Below, one piece after another: positions 61,078 through 64,000 of a DNA stretch of 64,000 bases. This DNA is from an uncultured Alphaproteobacteria bacterium (GTDB lineage: Bacteria > Pseudomonadota > Alphaproteobacteria > RF32 > CAG-239). The DNA is taken from NCBI GenBank assembly GCA_910585375.1, contig CAJUCZ010000002.1, forward strand, positions 43,285 through 107,284, read 5' to 3'. Both the position numbers and the translations under genes were made by a program. The notes beneath the pieces were generated by a model. It was not told the origin of the DNA. It was given only the letters and a program-made list of their open reading frames with translations, and ran no database searches. Position 1 is the stretch's first letter. Each line of letters starts with the position of its first letter.

Positions 61078-61512
61078 CTATTTGTACAAACTTGCTCTGT
61101 ATAACTCCCTTGCTTTCAGGAGAATTCTGTCTTCCATTGCACTTTGCAGTCGGCTGCCGGCTTCAACGTCATACCACTTTCCGTTTTTCAACATTCTCTT
61201 TTCAACACTGACTTTAATACCGTTGCTGCGCAATTCCTTCGTCAATACCTGAACCTTGACTCTAAACAGCTCTCGGGGATAGCCTTCCATTCTGAACCAG
61301 TCGGTCACAATCAGCCCCTTGGACGGATTCTCCGTTTTCAACGGTGTAAAACTCATCCTCTCCAGCGCCGCGCGCCACAAAAACTCATTTACCGGCAGTT
61401 TTTCGGCCGCTTCCGGCTTTTTATTATCAGCCCACGGATTCATCCACGAAAAATATGAGCAGCCGCCGGTCATAACCACAGCCGCCAGCAAAGTCAAAAG
61501 TGCTTTTCTCAT
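61078..61512 (-). CDS. DUF3576-like lipoprotein
   Basis: Signal peptide plus lipobox TGGC. Confidence 0.5.
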   Translation of the reverse strand: MRKALLTLLAAVVMTGGCSYFSWMNPWADNKKPEAAEKLPVNEFLWRAALERMSFTPLKTENPSKGLIVTDWFRMEGYPRELFRVKVQVLTKELRSNGIKVSVEKRMLKNGKWYDVEAGSRLQSAMEDRILLKARELYRASLYK

Positions 61513-61661
61513 TTTGTTACATTCCTTAAAAAAACAAAGTTTTGCTCAGGTTATAATAAATTCTTTCAAAAAACAAGAGTCCAAAATAAAAATTTCACAC
61601 TTGTAATTATGGCGGAATCTCACTAAAATAACGCACAACAATTCACCCGAAGGGAAAAAAT

Positions 61662-62954
61662 ATGAATGACCCCCGCCGTCTGGCCGTTGAAACTTTGCAA
61701 AATATTTTGGAAAACAAACGTTTTTTCAATGAGATAAAAAAAGAAGAAGCCTTTGCCGCCCAAAAAGAACAGGGCTTTTTAAATATGCTGATTCTCACGT
61801 CACTGCGCCGTTTGGTCTTTCTGCAAAAGGTCATTTCCGTTTTTGCCGCCAAAAAACTGCCGGACAAACATGCTTTTGCCCGCTATGCTTTGATTCTTGC
61901 CGCCGCCGAAATTTTATTTTTAGAAACGCCGGATTATGCCGTCCTTAACAGCTACGTCAATCTGGTCAAAAAACAAAACGACAAATATATCGCCGGCTTT
62001 GTCAATGCGGTTTTGCGCAAAATCACCGCCGCTAAAGAAGAACTGTTAAGTACCGGCAACGGTATTTTCTTTCCCGAAAACTTTCGCAGACTTCTGCAAA
62101 AGGATTATACCGGAAAACAAATTTCCCTCATTGAAACGGCTGCTGTCAATGAAGCCCCGCTTGACTTAACCGTCAAAAACAATCCTGAAATCTGGGCGGA
62201 AAAGCTTGACGGCATCCTGCTGCCCAACGGCACCGTCCGCTTGGAAAATACCGGAAAAATCGAAAAACTTTCCGGATACAAAGAAGGCTGCTGGTGGGTA
62301 CAGGATTTTTCAGCCTCTCTGGCAGCCAAAACTTTAAGCAAGCCGGAAAATAAAAACATTCTTGACCTTTGCGCCGCTCCCGGCGGAAAAACCGCACAAT
62401 TGCTTGCTGCCGGCGCACAAGTTGCCTCTCTTGACATTTCGGAAGACCGGCTTAAAACACTGAGCGAGAACATCCGGCGCCTGCAACTCCCGCAGCCTCG
62501 GATTATTTGTACCGATGCATTGTCTTATCTGGAAAATACGACCGATACTTATGATGCCGTTTTGTTGGACGCGCCCTGCTCGGCAACCGGCACCCTGCGC
62601 CGCCACCCTGAAACCGTCCATATTAAAAGCGCTGCGGACATTCAAAAAATGGCCGCATTGCAAAAACAAATTCTGGAAAAAATTTCCAAAGTGATAAGAA
62701 ACGGCGGAGAACTAGTTTACTGTACTTGTTCCATTGCCAAAAACGAAGGTGAACGCCAAATAACCTCCTTCCTGCAACAGCATGCCGAATTTCGCATTAT
62801 TCCGCTTTCTTCCGAGAACTTTTCGCTTTACCCCGGACAATTGCCCGATGACATGTTTACGCCGCAAGGCTTTGTCCGCACGCTGCCTTATCACCTTTCG
62901 GCACAAGGAGGCGCCGATTCTTTCTTTATTGCCAAACTGCAAAAGGTAAAATAA
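61662..62954 (+). CDS. rsmB: 16S rRNA (cytosine967-C5)-methyltransferase RsmB/Sun
   Basis: NOL1/NOP2/Sun catalytic region DLCAAPGGKT with PC and TC cysteine motifs. Confidence 0.8.
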   Translation: MNDPRRLAVETLQNILENKRFFNEIKKEEAFAAQKEQGFLNMLILTSLRRLVFLQKVISVFAAKKLPDKHAFARYALILAAAEILFLETPDYAVLNSYVNLVKKQNDKYIAGFVNAVLRKITAAKEELLSTGNGIFFPENFRRLLQKDYTGKQISLIETAAVNEAPLDLTVKNNPEIWAEKLDGILLPNGTVRLENTGKIEKLSGYKEGCWWVQDFSASLAAKTLSKPENKNILDLCAAPGGKTAQLLAAGAQVASLDISEDRLKTLSENIRRLQLPQPRIICTDALSYLENTTDTYDAVLLDAPCSATGTLRRHPETVHIKSAADIQKMAALQKQILEKISKVIRNGGELVYCTCSIAKNEGERQITSFLQQHAEFRIIPLSSENFSLYPGQLPDDMFTPQGFVRTLPYHLSAQGGADSFFIAKLQKVK

Positions 62955-62957
62955 ATC

Positions 62958-63866
62958 ATGGCCGACACAGAAGAAAAAACATCCGTTGCCAAACCGCCGG
63001 TTTACATTCTGGGAAATACGCCGCTCGGCCAATACCTCGCAGCTAAATTTATCCTTAAAGGCGAAAACGCGGTTATCATTGCATCCCGACAAAACTGCCC
63101 GACAGAAATAGAAATCAGCTTGCGCGAAGAACACAGTCTGAAAAAACAAAAATTCAGTATTCCTTGCCGGCACTATTCATCGGAAAAAGCCAAAATGTTG
63201 ATAATAACCTCTCCGAACAACCGCCTGAAATCAGAACTGATGCTGCTGTCTGCCGCCCATTTTTCTGCCGCGCCGATCATTGTTTTCTCCATGCTTTCAG
63301 ACTTTCGGATTATTGAAAGCCTGCTCAAACACAACACGATAAGAGCCGGCTTTGACGGCTGGCTGCAAACCAAAGACAACCAGATTTTTATATTGGGCGG
63401 CGAACCGCAGGTAACTTTGTCCAAACCGTTTAACACGCTGGAATATTCGCTTAAGGCCTTAAGCTATTTTCACGGCGCCGAAATTTTATGCCAAACCTGT
63501 GAGGATAAAAATCAGGTTTTTTGGCAGGCCTTTGCCGGATATGCCGTTTCTGCACTCGCCTCGGCTCACTACCGGCAAAGCATTTTTAATATCCTTAAAA
63601 ACAAAGACAAACAAAACCTTATCAATACCGCCGTTAATGAAATCTGCTCACTGGCCGCCGCAGAAAACATTTCTTTGACATCCGAGGAAATTCTGAAAAA
63701 AATTTACAATACGCCGATAAACTACACTTACGGAACACAAACTCCGAGTGATTCGACCGGAAGAGAACTTTACAACATTCACGGCATTATCACCAATACC
63801 GCCCGCAGGCATAACATTGCCGTTCCGGCCTTAAAACAACTGCATCCCCAAGATATTTCCGTATAA
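62958..63866 (+). CDS. Ketopantoate-reductase (ApbA/PanE)-like protein with degenerate NAD(P)-binding motif
   Basis: N-terminal YILGNTPLGQYLAAKF in place of GxGxxG; length and C-terminal region fit the family only loosely. Confidence 0.35.
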   Translation: MADTEEKTSVAKPPVYILGNTPLGQYLAAKFILKGENAVIIASRQNCPTEIEISLREEHSLKKQKFSIPCRHYSSEKAKMLIITSPNNRLKSELMLLSAAHFSAAPIIVFSMLSDFRIIESLLKHNTIRAGFDGWLQTKDNQIFILGGEPQVTLSKPFNTLEYSLKALSYFHGAEILCQTCEDKNQVFWQAFAGYAVSALASAHYRQSIFNILKNKDKQNLINTAVNEICSLAAAENISLTSEEILKKIYNTPINYTYGTQTPSDSTGRELYNIHGIITNTARRHNIAVPALKQLHPQDISV

Positions 63867-64000
63867 AAACACATTGATTGTTGAACAAATAAATTAATGA
63901 GTTACAATAATTTGAAAAATCAGAAAGACTCAGGCGATGAATTTTGAAAACACTCTTTTGATAATCTGCACGGCCGCAAGCTTTTTCTTGGGCTTTGGCT

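Overview
This 64 kb window looks like a chromosomal segment from an alphaproteobacterium, probably an obligate-intracellular or endosymbiont-like lineage. The evidence is an addAB rather than recBCD repair system, rickettsial-type multi-copy VirB2-like pilin paralogs, and an H+-pyrophosphatase; this placement is inference only. Most of the window is syntenic housekeeping: rimP-nusA-ylxR-infB, ftsH, trxA, addB-addA, rdgB-rph, grpE, fabD-fabG, ftsK, hppA, an MCE/Mla-like ABC transporter operon, rpmB, dnaB, rpmH-rnpA-yidD-yidC-engB, holA-lptE-leuS and rsmB, plus one tRNA-Arg(CCG). I found no CRISPR array, prophage, IS element or recognisable defence operon. Six things stand out. (1) A family of nested small palindromic repeat units sits at three intergenic loci with a partial fourth; the hairpin arms differ between copies but stay complementary (compensatory changes). 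(2) An unannotated 59-aa metallothionein-like ORF lies upstream of a CsoR-family repressor, with two TACCC-N-GGGTA operator palindromes, and a second Cys-rich protein is nearby. (3) Two VirB2/TrbC-like pilin paralogs share about 220 bp of identical 5' sequence, including a perfect consensus sigma70 promoter, and a conserved 3' stem-loop element, and they bracket a 3.5 kb gene block. (4) Triplicated tRNA-Arg 3'-end fragments and a duplicated terminator hairpin lie next to the tRNA, suggesting att-site scars. (5) A roughly 100 bp duplication of a convergent gene junction flanks an inserted dps cassette. (6) A 1 kb non-coding region upstream of rimP holds a 280 bp polypurine tract and tandem degenerate repeats. 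Several ORFs in the supplied track are shadow or low-complexity artefacts, and three real genes are below its 60-aa cutoff: rpmH, the metallothionein-like gene and a 55-aa membrane ORF.
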